Shown: one piece after another, positions 21,995 through 31,359 of the stretch
Layout of the letters: each line of letters starts with the position of its first letter
Numbering within the stretch: the stretch's first letter is position 1
Source: Gammaproteobacteria bacterium
GTDB lineage: Bacteria > Pseudomonadota > Gammaproteobacteria > Chromatiales > Chromatiaceae
Direction of reading: 5' to 3'
DNA length: 45,892 nucleotides
NCBI GenBank assembly: GCA_020445205.1
Contig: JAGRHA010000150.1
Coordinates: 1-45,892, forward strand
Position numbers and translations under genes: made by a program
The notes under the pieces: model-generated
What the model was told of the DNA's origin: nothing
The model's database searches: none
The model's input: only the letters and a program-made list of their open reading frames with translations

Positions 21995-23605
21995 TCAGAA
22001 ATGGAAGCGCTTGACCAGCTCTTCGAGCTGGCGCGACAGGCGCAGCAGTTCGTCACTGACCGCTGTCGCCTGTTCTGCGTCGGCCGATGTGCGTTCCGCC
22101 AGCTGGCTGATGTTGACCACGTTACGGCCGACGTTCTCCGTGACCACGCTTTGTTCGCTCGCCGCCGATGCCATCTGGGCGTTGAGTTCACGGATGTGCG
22201 AGACGCGTTCGGCGATCAAGGTCAGACCGCTGTCGGCGATTTCGACCTGCTCGCGGCGTTGCTCGGCGCTTTGTTTGGCGCGGTTCATCACGGTCACCGC
22301 GTCACGTGCGCCGAGCTGCAGTTGCTCGACGATGCGCTCGATTTCGCTCGTCGATTCATGCGAGCGGGTCGCCAGGGTGCGTACTTCATCGGCTACCACG
22401 GCGAAACCGCGTCCCTTCTCGCCCGCGCGCGCGGCTTCGATCGCCGCGTTGAGTGCGAGCAGGTTGGTCTGTTCGGCGATCGACTTGATCACATCCAACA
22501 CGGCGCCGACGCTTTCGCTGCGCGCATTCAGCTGTTCGACGACATCGGCGGCGCGCTCGATCTCGCTGACCAGTCCGTGGATGCCGTCGATCGCCGCACG
22601 CGTGGTGGTCGCGCCCTCGCTCGCGGTGCGATCGGCATCGATCGACGCCTCGGACGCACGGCCCGCACCCTCGCGCACCTGCACGGCGGTCGATTCGAGT
22701 TCGGTGATCGCCGTTGCCACGGCGTCGGTTTAGCTGCGTTGCTGCTCCGCGGCATCGGCGGTCTGTGACGATACCGTGGCGATCTGCCCGGCGACCTGCT
22801 GCAGTTGTCCGGTGGTGTCGTACACATCGCGCAGGCTCGCCGCAAAATGTTGCAGCATGCCGTTGAACGCGTGCGACACGGTACCGATCTCGTCGTCGCA
22901 GCTCACCGCGAGGCGACCGCTGAGGTCGGCCTCATCGGCGATGCGCGTCATGGTGTCGCGCATGCGCGTGAGCCGCGAGATCACGATGCGCCGCAGCAAC
23001 CAGGCGATCGTCAGCGTGCCCACCACGAGCATCAGCACATTGATGGCGCCACTGAGGAGGATGTTGCGGCTGATCTGCGCATCGATCGATGCCAGCGAAT
23101 AGGTCACGCGCGCCGCGCCGAGCACGGTGTTTTCCGCAACCACGTGACAGGTCAGGCAGTTGGTTCCACGAAAGTCGCTCGTGGCGATGATCGGGCTGAG
23201 GACGGTGAAGGTGCGTCCCTTGTCGTCGCTGCCCGCTTCGACGATGCGTTCACCGGCGAGCGCGCGACGGTCGAGTTCGTCGCGTGGCGATTGCTCCGGG
23301 TTGCCGGCACCGAATGTCTGGCTCACGGCTGGCCCGCGTACGATTCGGATGTCCGTCACGTCGTCGTGGGCCAGCAGTTTCTGCCGCAGGACGTCGCGCT
23401 GGGACATCGTGCCGGTCAGCATCATGGTGTTGACGCCGTCGAAGAACGACGTCGCCGTGTCGAAGGCCTTTTCCTGCGCGAGCGCGGCCGCCATCGCGCG
23501 TTCCGCCGTTGCCATGTGCCAGGTCGTCGCGACCATGAGCATGATGAACACCGCCGCGAGAGCGGTGAGAATCTTGGTTTGCACCGAAAGTTTGGCTAGT
23601 CGCAT
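21995..23605 (-). pseudogene. Methyl-accepting chemotaxis protein with a periplasmic c-type heme sensor, interrupted by one in-frame TAA (22730-22732)
   Basis: TM1, periplasmic domain with CLTCH (23144-23158), TM2, HAMP (DEIG.VS.AFN.M), then [14 protein letters not shown] in the same frame into the signalling hairpin [34 protein letters not shown]. Confidence 0.9.
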
Positions 23606-23643
23606 CCCAGCACCGGTGATCTGCAGTTCCCCGTATGACCCCC

Positions 23644-23670
23644 ATGGCGGCATGGTATGGCGGAACTTAA
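23644..23670 (-). promoter_or_regulatory. Sigma28 (FliA)-like promoter for the MCP
   Basis: Minus strand TTAAGTTC-N11-GCCGCCAT versus the consensus TAAAGTTT-N11-GCCGATAA; about 40 nt upstream of the ATG. Confidence 0.55.
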
Positions 23671-23847
23671 GTCCCGTGCTGTCGTGGATTTCTCCACGCT
23701 GCGCCGCACTGCTGGCGCGGACCGGACTTGCACCGACACCGACCCGCTGGCCGTCGCCGCGGGTGTCTGCACACTCGCTGGCGGTTGCCGTGCGCCCGCG
23801 TCTCGTCTGTAATGCCCCCCCAGCAGATCTGACGGAGGAGGAAAAAG

Positions 23848-24477
23848 ATGCAGACGATCCTCTGCATGAACGCCAAAGGCGGCTGCGGCAAGACCACGAT
23901 CGCCACCAACCTGGCCACCTGGTATGCCGACGAGGGCTACAAGACCGCACTCATGGATTTCGATCCCCAGCGCTCCAGCATCGACTGGCTGGCGGCACGT
24001 GAGGACTACAACGGCGTGCCCGTGATCGAAGGTGTCGACGCCGTTGCCGGCGATGCTCGCGCCGCGCACGGTACGGATGTCGCGGTCATCGACGCCCCGG
24101 CCGGTACCTTCGGCAGCGAGGTCACGCAGTTGGTGCGTCGCGCCGACGTCCTACTGGTGCCGCTGCTCGCGTCGCCGATCGACATGCGTGCCGCGACGCG
24201 TTTCATCGACGAACTGCTGAGCACAGGTCGCGTCTCGCGCGGGCAGACACGCATCGCGCTGATCGCCAACCGTGTGCGCGAGAACACGCGCGTGTTCCAT
24301 GCCCTCGAGGAGTTCACCGCTCGCTACGACATCCCGCTGCTGACGCATTTGCGCGAGAGCCAGAACTACATCCGCTCGGCCGAGACCGGGCTCGGCATCT
24401 TCGAACTCGCACCGTCGCAGGTCGCGGTCGACGTGTTGCAATGGGACCCGGTCATCGAATGGCTGCGCAAGGGCTGA
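23848..24477 (+). CDS. Short ParA/CbiA-family ATPase (no parB)
   Basis: NAKGGCGKTT deviant Walker A, D.DPQRS, VIDAPAG; strong RBS GGAGGAGG. Confidence 0.9.
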   Translation: MQTILCMNAKGGCGKTTIATNLATWYADEGYKTALMDFDPQRSSIDWLAAREDYNGVPVIEGVDAVAGDARAAHGTDVAVIDAPAGTFGSEVTQLVRRADVLLVPLLASPIDMRAATRFIDELLSTGRVSRGQTRIALIANRVRENTRVFHALEEFTARYDIPLLTHLRESQNYIRSAETGLGIFELAPSQVAVDVLQWDPVIEWLRKG

Positions 24478-24836
24478 CAGGCGCACTGCTGGCGCTGGCG
24501 CTGGTGGCCATGGGGCCCTCCGGCGCCGGCCAGGCGGATGTGCTCAAGGTCGACATGCGCAGTGCGGGAGAGGGCCGATTCGACATCGACGTGACCGTGC
24601 GTCACGCCGACAGTGGCTGGGACCATTACGCCAACCGCTGGGAAGTGATCGGCCCCGATGGTCGCGTTCTCGGCACGCGCGTGCTGTATCACCCGCACGT
24701 CAATGAACAGCCGTTCACGCGCAGTCTCGAGGGCCTCAGGATCCCCAGCGAGTTCACCTGGGTGCGCGTGCGGGCACACGATCTCGTGCACGGCTACGGC
24801 GGACGTGAGGTGACGCTGAGCGTGCCACACCGCTGA
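24459..24836 (+). CDS. Secreted His-rich conserved hypothetical protein (possible superoxide-reductase-like fold)
   Basis: Signal peptide; HADSGWDHYANRWEV, LYHPHVNEQPFTRSL, VRAHDLVHGYGG; overlaps the parA 3' end. Confidence 0.75.
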   Translation: MAAQGLTGALLALALVAMGPSGAGQADVLKVDMRSAGEGRFDIDVTVRHADSGWDHYANRWEVIGPDGRVLGTRVLYHPHVNEQPFTRSLEGLRIPSEFTWVRVRAHDLVHGYGGREVTLSVPHR

Positions 24837-24865
24837 GCTTTCGCAGCGGCGGCCGGTGTCGGCGT

Positions 24866-25492
24866 TCAGATCACGCCATGTGCCTGCAGACCGCTACGCA
24901 CCGCATCGCTATCGTCGACCAGCACTGCGTGCAGGCCCGCGGCGCGGGCGCCAGCGACGTTTGACGGCAGGTCATCGAAGAACAGGATCCTTTCCGGTGG
25001 CGTGCCGATGGTCGCTACGACCGCGTCGAAGGCCGCACGCTCGGGCTTGCGCATGCCCATCTCGGCCGAGGAGAAGACGCGCCGAAACACGCGACCGACC
25101 TCGGGATACGCGCGCGACCAGGCGCGCTGGTGGCTGGCGCTCGTGTTGGTGAAGGCATAGCTCGGCAGGCGTGCCGCCAGCTCGCGGACCAGCGCCATAT
25201 TGGTTTCATTCTGGCCCGTGAACACGGCATTCCAGCCGGCGAGGATCTGCGCGTCCGCAGCGTCGCTCTGCAAGGCGTCACGCACGACGTCGAAGAATGC
25301 CGTATCGCCGATCTCGCCGCGTTCGTAACGGTGGTAGCGCTCATCGAACACGAAACGCTCGGCGATCTGCTGCGCCGACAACGGTGACAACGTCGCCCAA
25401 TGCGCGAACACGCGCCCGAAATCGATATCGATGATCACGCCACCGAGGTCGAACAACAACGCATCGATCGTGGCAGGCAAAGGTTCGGACAT
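24866..25492 (-). CDS. HAD-family phosphatase (YihX-like)
   Basis: LLFDLGGVI, FTNT, GMRKP, LFFDD..NV.GA..AG. Confidence 0.9.
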   Translation of the reverse strand: MSEPLPATIDALLFDLGGVIIDIDFGRVFAHWATLSPLSAQQIAERFVFDERYHRYERGEIGDTAFFDVVRDALQSDAADAQILAGWNAVFTGQNETNMALVRELAARLPSYAFTNTSASHQRAWSRAYPEVGRVFRRVFSSAEMGMRKPERAAFDAVVATIGTPPERILFFDDLPSNVAGARAAGLHAVLVDDSDAVRSGLQAHGVI

Positions 25493-25631
25493 GAATGGAC
25501 CTGGTGGTTGCGACACCGCGGGCGGCGTGGTCGGTGGAGGCACTGATTTGACGACGGATTTTACGGTCGATTCGGCGCGGAGCCGAGGCCGGCGGAGCGT
25601 GCGCGTGGGGTGGCACGACATTATTAGTCTG

Positions 25632-25648
25632 TAACTATCAAAAAGTTA
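25632..25648. promoter_or_regulatory. AT-rich inverted repeat, candidate LysR-type operator in the divergent HAD/gpmA region
   Basis: TAACT-N7-AGTTA inside an AT-rich patch (about 25620-25672) that stands out from the GC-rich background. Confidence 0.4.
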
Positions 25649-25748
25649 GTAACAAACGATTTTATTTATCGATGTGCCCGACCTATCGTGGACCTGCAAT
25701 GAGTACCGCTGCGACCGCCAGCGGCCCGAACCTGCAGGAGAGAACGTC

Positions 25749-26477
25749 ATGTCGAGCCCCTTGTTCATCCCCAGCGTCGTGATGATCCGCCACGCCCAGA
25801 GCGAGTGGAATCGTGAGGGTCGGTTCACCGGTTGGGCCGATCCGCCGCTGACGGCTGCTGGACGCGCCGAAGCCGAGCGTGCGGGCCGCGTGATCGCCGC
25901 ACGCGGATTGTCGTTCGACCGTGCCTACAGCTCGCGTCTCCTGCGTGCACGCGACACGGCCGACATCGTCCTGCGCACCGCAGGTGAGGTCGGCGTGCCC
26001 TTGACCGCCGACTGGCGTTTGAATGAGCGCCACTATGGTGCGCTGCAGGGGCAGGACAAGGCGACGATGGCCGCACGCGTCGGTGAACAGCAGGTGTGGC
26101 GCTGGCGGCGTGGTTATGTCGAGCGTCCACCCGAAATGGCTGCCGGCGACCCGGCACATCCGCTCAATGACGCGAAGTGGATCGACGTGCCGTCGTCACA
26201 GTTGCCGAACGGCGAGAGCCTGGCGCAGACGCGCGCAAGAGTCATGCGCTTCTGGAACGAGGAGATCACGCCGCAGCTGCGTGCCGGCCGGCGCCTGTTC
26301 ATCGCCAGCCACGGCAACACCTTGCGAGCGCTGATCATGGCGCTGCACGGCATGCGTGTTGACGAGGTGGAGGCATTCGAAATCCCGACCGGGGTACCGA
26401 TCGTGTATGCCTTCTCGAGCCGTGGCGAAGCGCTCGGTTGGCATTACCTCGCCGATGGTGACCAGGCCGCCGCCTGA
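25749..26477 (+). CDS. gpmA: 2,3-bisphosphoglycerate-dependent phosphoglycerate mutase
   Basis: RHAQSEWN..RFTGWAD, WRLNERHYGALQG..K, WRRGY..PP, P.GESL, SHGNTLRAL, EIPTGVP; RBS CAGGAG. Confidence 0.9.
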   Translation: MSSPLFIPSVVMIRHAQSEWNREGRFTGWADPPLTAAGRAEAERAGRVIAARGLSFDRAYSSRLLRARDTADIVLRTAGEVGVPLTADWRLNERHYGALQGQDKATMAARVGEQQVWRWRRGYVERPPEMAAGDPAHPLNDAKWIDVPSSQLPNGESLAQTRARVMRFWNEEITPQLRAGRRLFIASHGNTLRALIMALHGMRVDEVEAFEIPTGVPIVYAFSSRGEALGWHYLADGDQAAA

Positions 26478-26575
26478 GGTGATCGGTACCATCCGATCAC
26501 AGGCATTCGCACGATCACCATGCCCGCCGTCGGCCAAGGCGCTATTTACCGTGCGCTCCGTGCGAGAGGCGGTGA

Positions 26576-29131
26576 TCAGGCGGAATCGTTGGCGGCAAGG
26601 TCGGCCGATGCCGTCGACGATGTGTCTGCCTGCGCAGGCTCTGCGGCGAATACCGCGATTGCCGGCATCACGGCATCGAGCTCCGCGACGACGGCTGCCA
26701 GCGGCGCTTCGATCGCGTTTGCTCCCAGGGTGCACGCATGCTCGAGTTCCGTGGCGAGCCGGTTCAGATCGGTTGCGCCAATGTTGCTTGCAACGCCTTT
26801 GAGGGAATGGGCCAGACGCACCGCAGCCTCGCTGTCGCTATCCTGCTGCGCACTGCGGAAGCGCTCGTCGAAGTGATCATAGCGGTCGAGAAACATCCGT
26901 AGCAGCCGGCGGTAAAGGCGCGGATCACCTCGTGCGACCGCCAGTCCGGTGGCGTGATCGACCCCGGGCATTTCGGGTATGTCCACAGCCCCCGCGGCAG
27001 GCCCCCGGCGCGGTGCAGCCGCCTGCGCCTGCGGGCTTATCCAGCGTGCCAGCGTGACGAACATCGCGGGCACGTCCAGCGGTTTGGCAATGTGATCGTT
27101 CATGCCGCTATCGAGAGCACGTTGGCGGTCGGCCGGCATGGCGTTGGCGGTCATCGCGAGGATCGGCAGTTCCGCCAACGCGGCCTGCTGACGGATTCGG
27201 CGCGTCGCCGTGTAGCCGTCCATCACGGGCATCTGGCAGTCCATGATTACACCGTCGAATACCTGTTTTTCCAGCAGATCCAACGCCTCTTTGCCATTGA
27301 CTGCGGTCGTTACGCGCATATTGGCGCCGGTCAGCAGTTCGACGACGAGCTCGCGGTTGATGTCATTGTCTTCGACAACGAGCAGGTGTGCGCCCGCGAG
27401 CCTTTCCGCAGCATCCTGTCCCGTGCGCTCGTCGGTCGACGGACTGGCGCGGCGCGGCGCGGAGGCGCCTTCGTGGCGGCGCAGCTGCGCAGTGAAATGG
27501 AAGGCGCTGCCGAGATCCGGCACGCTCTCGACCCAGATTCTGCCGCCCATGAGAGAGACCAGGCTCTTGCTGATCGCGAGGCCGAGGCCGCTGCCACCAA
27601 ACCTGCGGCTGACCGAGGAATCCGCCTGGCTGAACGACTGGAACAGTTTGGCTTGCTGTTCCGGGGTCATGCCGACACCGGTATCGCGTACCGCGAAGTG
27701 CAGCAGCGATTTGTCGTCATGGCTCGATTCGAGCCGCACCTTGATACTGACGCGGCCGCTAGGCTCCGTGAACTTGACGGCATTGTTGCCCAGGTTGATC
27801 AGCACCTGACCCAAACGCAGCGGATCGCCGACAAGCGAGGTCGGCACGTTGGAGGCGATGTCCACAGACAGTGCGAGCTGCTTCTCCTCAGCCTTGTGAC
27901 CGACGATGTTGAGCACACTCTCGATCACGTCGGCGAGATGGAACGGGATCGTCTCGAGTTCCGTGCGGCCTGATTCGATCTTGGAGAAGTCCAACACATC
28001 GTTGAGGATGCCGAGCAACACCTCGGCCGAGTGGCGGATCTTTTCCAGGTAACTGCGTTGCTTCGGATTCAGATCGGTTTGCAGCGCGAGATGCGTCATC
28101 CCGATCACGGCATTCATCGGTGTTCGGATCTCATGGCTCATGTTGGCCAGAAATGCGCTCTTGGCACGGGTTGCCGCCTCCGCAGCGGCCTTGGCCTCGC
28201 CCATTTCGCGATTCGCCTGTTCGCCAGTGCGGTAAGCGAAATAGATCATTGTGCCGACGAACAAGGCGGCGCCCGCCAGCAGCGCGAGGAGTGACGGTGA
28301 GGCGAGGAACCCATGCTGCGTCGCATCTGCCGGATTGCTGACCAGTACAAACGGGCTGTTGGCGACGCGCTTCTGCAGCCAGTCGCGATAGCGTTCGTCA
28401 TCGGCACTGGCGAGTTCGGCGGTCCAGTCCGGCGCTGCCGAAGGCGATGTTTCCGCGATGTGTGCGTAGGCGACAACGCTGCCCGATTCGCGCAACGCGA
28501 GTTCGCGCACATCGATGCCGAGTCCGCCGAGTTGACGCGGGCGGCTGATGATCGCGGCCGGGTTGATCTCGGCGACGATGCTGCCGATGCGCGCCTCCTT
28601 GTACACCAGCGGCGCGATCACGACGAGGTGTGAATCGCTGTTGCCGCGCAGCAGCACGCAACGCGTGCGCTCGGCCTCGGGCAATGCGTCGGCCTGCCAA
28701 TTGCCGAGTTCCAGACCGCGCGCCGCGAGGTTGACGATCGCACGGCCGTCAGTATCGATGAGCGCGATGCGCAGGTAGACGAGGGTGCCGTCGATGCGGT
28801 GACCATCGAGCAGTTTGCGAAAACGTGTTTCCATCGACAGCAGGCTCGCACGCAGGCCGTATTCCATCGACATGCCAAGCGCACGGTTGGCGAGAAACAC
28901 TTCGATGGCGCGGCTTTCGGCGAGGGTGTCGATATCGCTGATGCGTTCGCCGTGGAAATTCGCCAGCGTGGCCACTTTTTTGTCGAGCGTGAACTGTTGC
29001 TCGTTGCGTGCGGCGTCGCGCAGGTCCTGCTGCGCATAGTAAGTTGTCGCGAGCAATACCAGCAGATAGACCGCGAGCAACAATCCGGCAGCGAACGAGA
29101 CCTTGCTGGCAATGTTGCTCGTGTGTCGCAC
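26576..29131 (-). CDS. Hybrid sensor histidine kinase (periplasmic sensor-HisKA-HATPase-REC-Hpt)
   Basis: Two TMs, [54 protein letters not shown] start at 29131 with an AGGGA RBS; the longer ORF-track start overlaps the upstream gene. Confidence 0.92.
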   Translation of the reverse strand: MRHTSNIASKVSFAAGLLLAVYLLVLLATTYYAQQDLRDAARNEQQFTLDKKVATLANFHGERISDIDTLAESRAIEVFLANRALGMSMEYGLRASLLSMETRFRKLLDGHRIDGTLVYLRIALIDTDGRAIVNLAARGLELGNWQADALPEAERTRCVLLRGNSDSHLVVIAPLVYKEARIGSIVAEINPAAIISRPRQLGGLGIDVRELALRESGSVVAYAHIAETSPSAAPDWTAELASADDERYRDWLQKRVANSPFVLVSNPADATQHGFLASPSLLALLAGAALFVGTMIYFAYRTGEQANREMGEAKAAAEAATRAKSAFLANMSHEIRTPMNAVIGMTHLALQTDLNPKQRSYLEKIRHSAEVLLGILNDVLDFSKIESGRTELETIPFHLADVIESVLNIVGHKAEEKQLALSVDIASNVPTSLVGDPLRLGQVLINLGNNAVKFTEPSGRVSIKVRLESSHDDKSLLHFAVRDTGVGMTPEQQAKLFQSFSQADSSVSRRFGGSGLGLAISKSLVSLMGGRIWVESVPDLGSAFHFTAQLRRHEGASAPRRASPSTDERTGQDAAERLAGAHLLVVEDNDINRELVVELLTGANMRVTTAVNGKEALDLLEKQVFDGVIMDCQMPVMDGYTATRRIRQQAALAELPILAMTANAMPADRQRALDSGMNDHIAKPLDVPAMFVTLARWISPQAQAAAPRRGPAAGAVDIPEMPGVDHATGLAVARGDPRLYRRLLRMFLDRYDHFDERFRSAQQDSDSEAAVRLAHSLKGVASNIGATDLNRLATELEHACTLGANAIEAPLAAVVAELDAVMPAIAVFAAEPAQADTSSTASADLAANDSA

Positions 29132-29142
29132 GCGTTTCCCTG

Positions 29143-30012
29143 CTAAGAGCGGTCGGGGAAGAATTCGGCGAAGTACAGGAACACCGCCGGGAAATATTTG
29201 CGCACCAGTCGCGAGTACGTACCGTCTGCACGGATCTGCGCGAGGTAGACATTGAAGGCAGCGCGCAGCTTCGGTGAGTCCTTGCGAAACGCGGCGGCCA
29301 TCGTCTGGTTTTCGGACACCGGGCCCACAACCTTTAGCGCGCCGGGCCAGATTTCGAGCGCAATGAGAGCGCCGGGTACGTCGAGCAAGGTGCTTTCGGC
29401 GGCGTCGTGGAGAATGGCCGGGGCCATTTCGTCGCCCTCGATGCCGGAGCCGGCGAGGCGGACCTCGGCGCCGGTTTCCGACAGGTCGTAAAGCCCGGGA
29501 TCGAGACAGGTATTTTCCTTCGTGAGAACGCTGATCCCGCGCAGTGCGTCGCGCACGCTCTGGATGTCCTCGGTGACCGAACCGGTCGGGCGGATCGGCG
29601 AGATCGTCGCATCGGAGCGAGCCACGAGCCACACCGCCGACGGAAAGGTCGGCGCCGAAAAATCCACGACCTGCGAGCGCCAGGCGAGCACGGTCATGCC
29701 ATTGGCGATCACATCGCCGCGGATCGGTGCGCTGTTCAGGATCTCGACACCGGCGTCGCCACGCCGTGCGTGGTGGCCGGTCAGGTCGCCGATCATCCGT
29801 GGCCAGGTACTCGTCACGTATTGATAGCGCACCCCGAGGTGGGCCGCGAAACCCTGCATGAGTTCCACATCGAGGCCATCACCACTGCCAGTGACGAAAT
29901 TGGCGTAGGGCACACCGATATGACGTAGCACACCGCTCTCGATGACCTCGGGCAGGTCGCGGGTCGCGGCATGGGCGTGCTGCAGGACCAAGACGCACGC
30001 AACCACACACAT
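29143..30012 (-). CDS. Periplasmic solute-binding protein (family 3 / MltF N-domain-like, no transglycosylase domain)
   Basis: Signal peptide (AHA|A), RDL.EV..SGVLR, GLDVEL..FA.HLGV, IANGMT..WR..VDFS.P, AFRKDSP.LR..FN..L..I..DGTY..LV.KYF. Start uncertain. Confidence 0.85.
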   Translation of the reverse strand: MCVVACVLVLQHAHAATRDLPEVIESGVLRHIGVPYANFVTGSGDGLDVELMQGFAAHLGVRYQYVTSTWPRMIGDLTGHHARRGDAGVEILNSAPIRGDVIANGMTVLAWRSQVVDFSAPTFPSAVWLVARSDATISPIRPTGSVTEDIQSVRDALRGISVLTKENTCLDPGLYDLSETGAEVRLAGSGIEGDEMAPAILHDAAESTLLDVPGALIALEIWPGALKVVGPVSENQTMAAAFRKDSPKLRAAFNVYLAQIRADGTYSRLVRKYFPAVFLYFAEFFPDRS

Positions 30013-30403
30013 GATTGCGCAAAAGCGTACAGCCAAGGTGCGAGCGTGCAGCGGCCGTCCGCCGGATCTCCTCGGGGGGCTGTCCCCACGGCTCGCGAAA
30101 TGCCTCGATGTGACGGCAGTCAAGTCGTTTTCTCTTGCGGCGTGATGCGTTCGTTCACCCGGCAGCGCATCCTTCCGCGCTCCAGAGCGAACCAGTGGCA
30201 GGGGTGGTGGGCGTGACACCGGCATCCTCACGACGCCCGACGCCTGTCCACGATGCCCCGTTCGCTGCGACGATCCTGGCCGCAACTCCAGCGCCTCGGC
30301 GGTTGTGTCGAGGACGGCTCAGCGAACGGCGGGAGTGCTGCGACGCTTCGCCGCTCGCTCGGCCGTCACCGATTCTAACGGTCACGGCGCCGCGGTTCGG
30401 CGC

Positions 30404-31285
30404 CTAATCGACCTCCGTTTGACCTGCATCGGGCGTACAGGCGGCGAGACCGCTCGCCAGGTCGGGGTAGCGCAGCCGTACACCGAGTTCGGTGCGCATC
30501 CTGCTGTTGTCCAGACGACGGGATTCCGCGAGATAGCTGAGCAGGCCCGCGGACAGTCGCCCATCGGCTGCCGCGAGCCGGATCAGCGGCGCTCGCGGCA
30601 GTCCGTACAGGTCGGCGACGCGGTCGAAATAGTCACGCATGTTGCCGGGTTGGCCGTCGCTGACGTTGTACACGCCACCGTTGCGGCCGCGCGCCATCGC
30701 CGCGAGGCAGACCGTGACGAGGTCATCGATGTGTATACGATTGGTCCAGGGGGCCTCATCCTCACCGACCATGGGTACCTGGCGCTGCAGGCGTTCGACG
30801 GGTAGCTTGCCCGGACCGTAGATGCCGGCGACGCGCAGGATGACCAGTTCCCGCTCGCCGGCGGCCTGCCATGCGTGCAGCTGCTGCTCTGCATCGAGCC
30901 GGCGGTAGGCGCGGTCGGCGCGCGGTGCCGGTGATCGCGATTCGTCCACCCAATCGCCGTTGCAGTCGCCGTACACGCCGGTCGTGCTGATATAGACGAT
31001 GCGCTGATGGTCGACGGTCGGCAATGCCTGCAGAAAATGTCCGATGCGCGGGTCGCTCCGGCCCTCAGGCGGTGGCGGCGCCAGGTAGAACACCTCGCGC
31101 TCGGCGCCGATGGGTGCATGCGCGGGCCATGCCATTTCGAGGTCGCAGACCGTCGTTTCGTAGCCGGCCTGGCGCAGTCGCTGAGCGCTTTCCCGGCTCC
31201 GCACCACGCAGTGCACGGCGGTGTCCTGAGTACGTGCGGCGTGCGCAATGCGCCGTCCGACGTCGCCGCAACCGACGATTAACAT
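30404..31285 (-). CDS. NAD-dependent epimerase/dehydratase (atypical SDR, YeeZ-like)
   Basis: LIVGCGDVG, YISTTGVYGD, R...R..AE, LRVAGIYGPG, TNRIHIDDL. Confidence 0.9.
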   Translation of the reverse strand: MLIVGCGDVGRRIAHAARTQDTAVHCVVRSRESAQRLRQAGYETTVCDLEMAWPAHAPIGAEREVFYLAPPPPEGRSDPRIGHFLQALPTVDHQRIVYISTTGVYGDCNGDWVDESRSPAPRADRAYRRLDAEQQLHAWQAAGERELVILRVAGIYGPGKLPVERLQRQVPMVGEDEAPWTNRIHIDDLVTVCLAAMARGRNGGVYNVSDGQPGNMRDYFDRVADLYGLPRAPLIRLAAADGRLSAGLLSYLAESRRLDNSRMRTELGVRLRYPDLASGLAACTPDAGQTEVD

Positions 31286-31359
31286 GCCACCCCCACGGTT
31301 TTATCGCTCGCTGAAATCAAGCAGAATCCCTCGTCTTTGCGTCCGAACAGCAGTAAACG

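Noticed and set aside
19796-23605. Genome-wide reassignment of TAA to a sense codon
   Set aside because: TAA ends three genes at plausible C-termini (lipoprotein at 4524-4526, GT at 18259-18261, GlsB at 19502-19504), and the two internal TAAs align to different expected residues.
29132-29632. N-terminal extension of the histidine kinase given by the ORF track (1018 aa)
   Set aside because: It overlaps the SBP gene out of frame and is Arg-rich nonsense; the GTG at 29131 has an RBS and precedes TM1.
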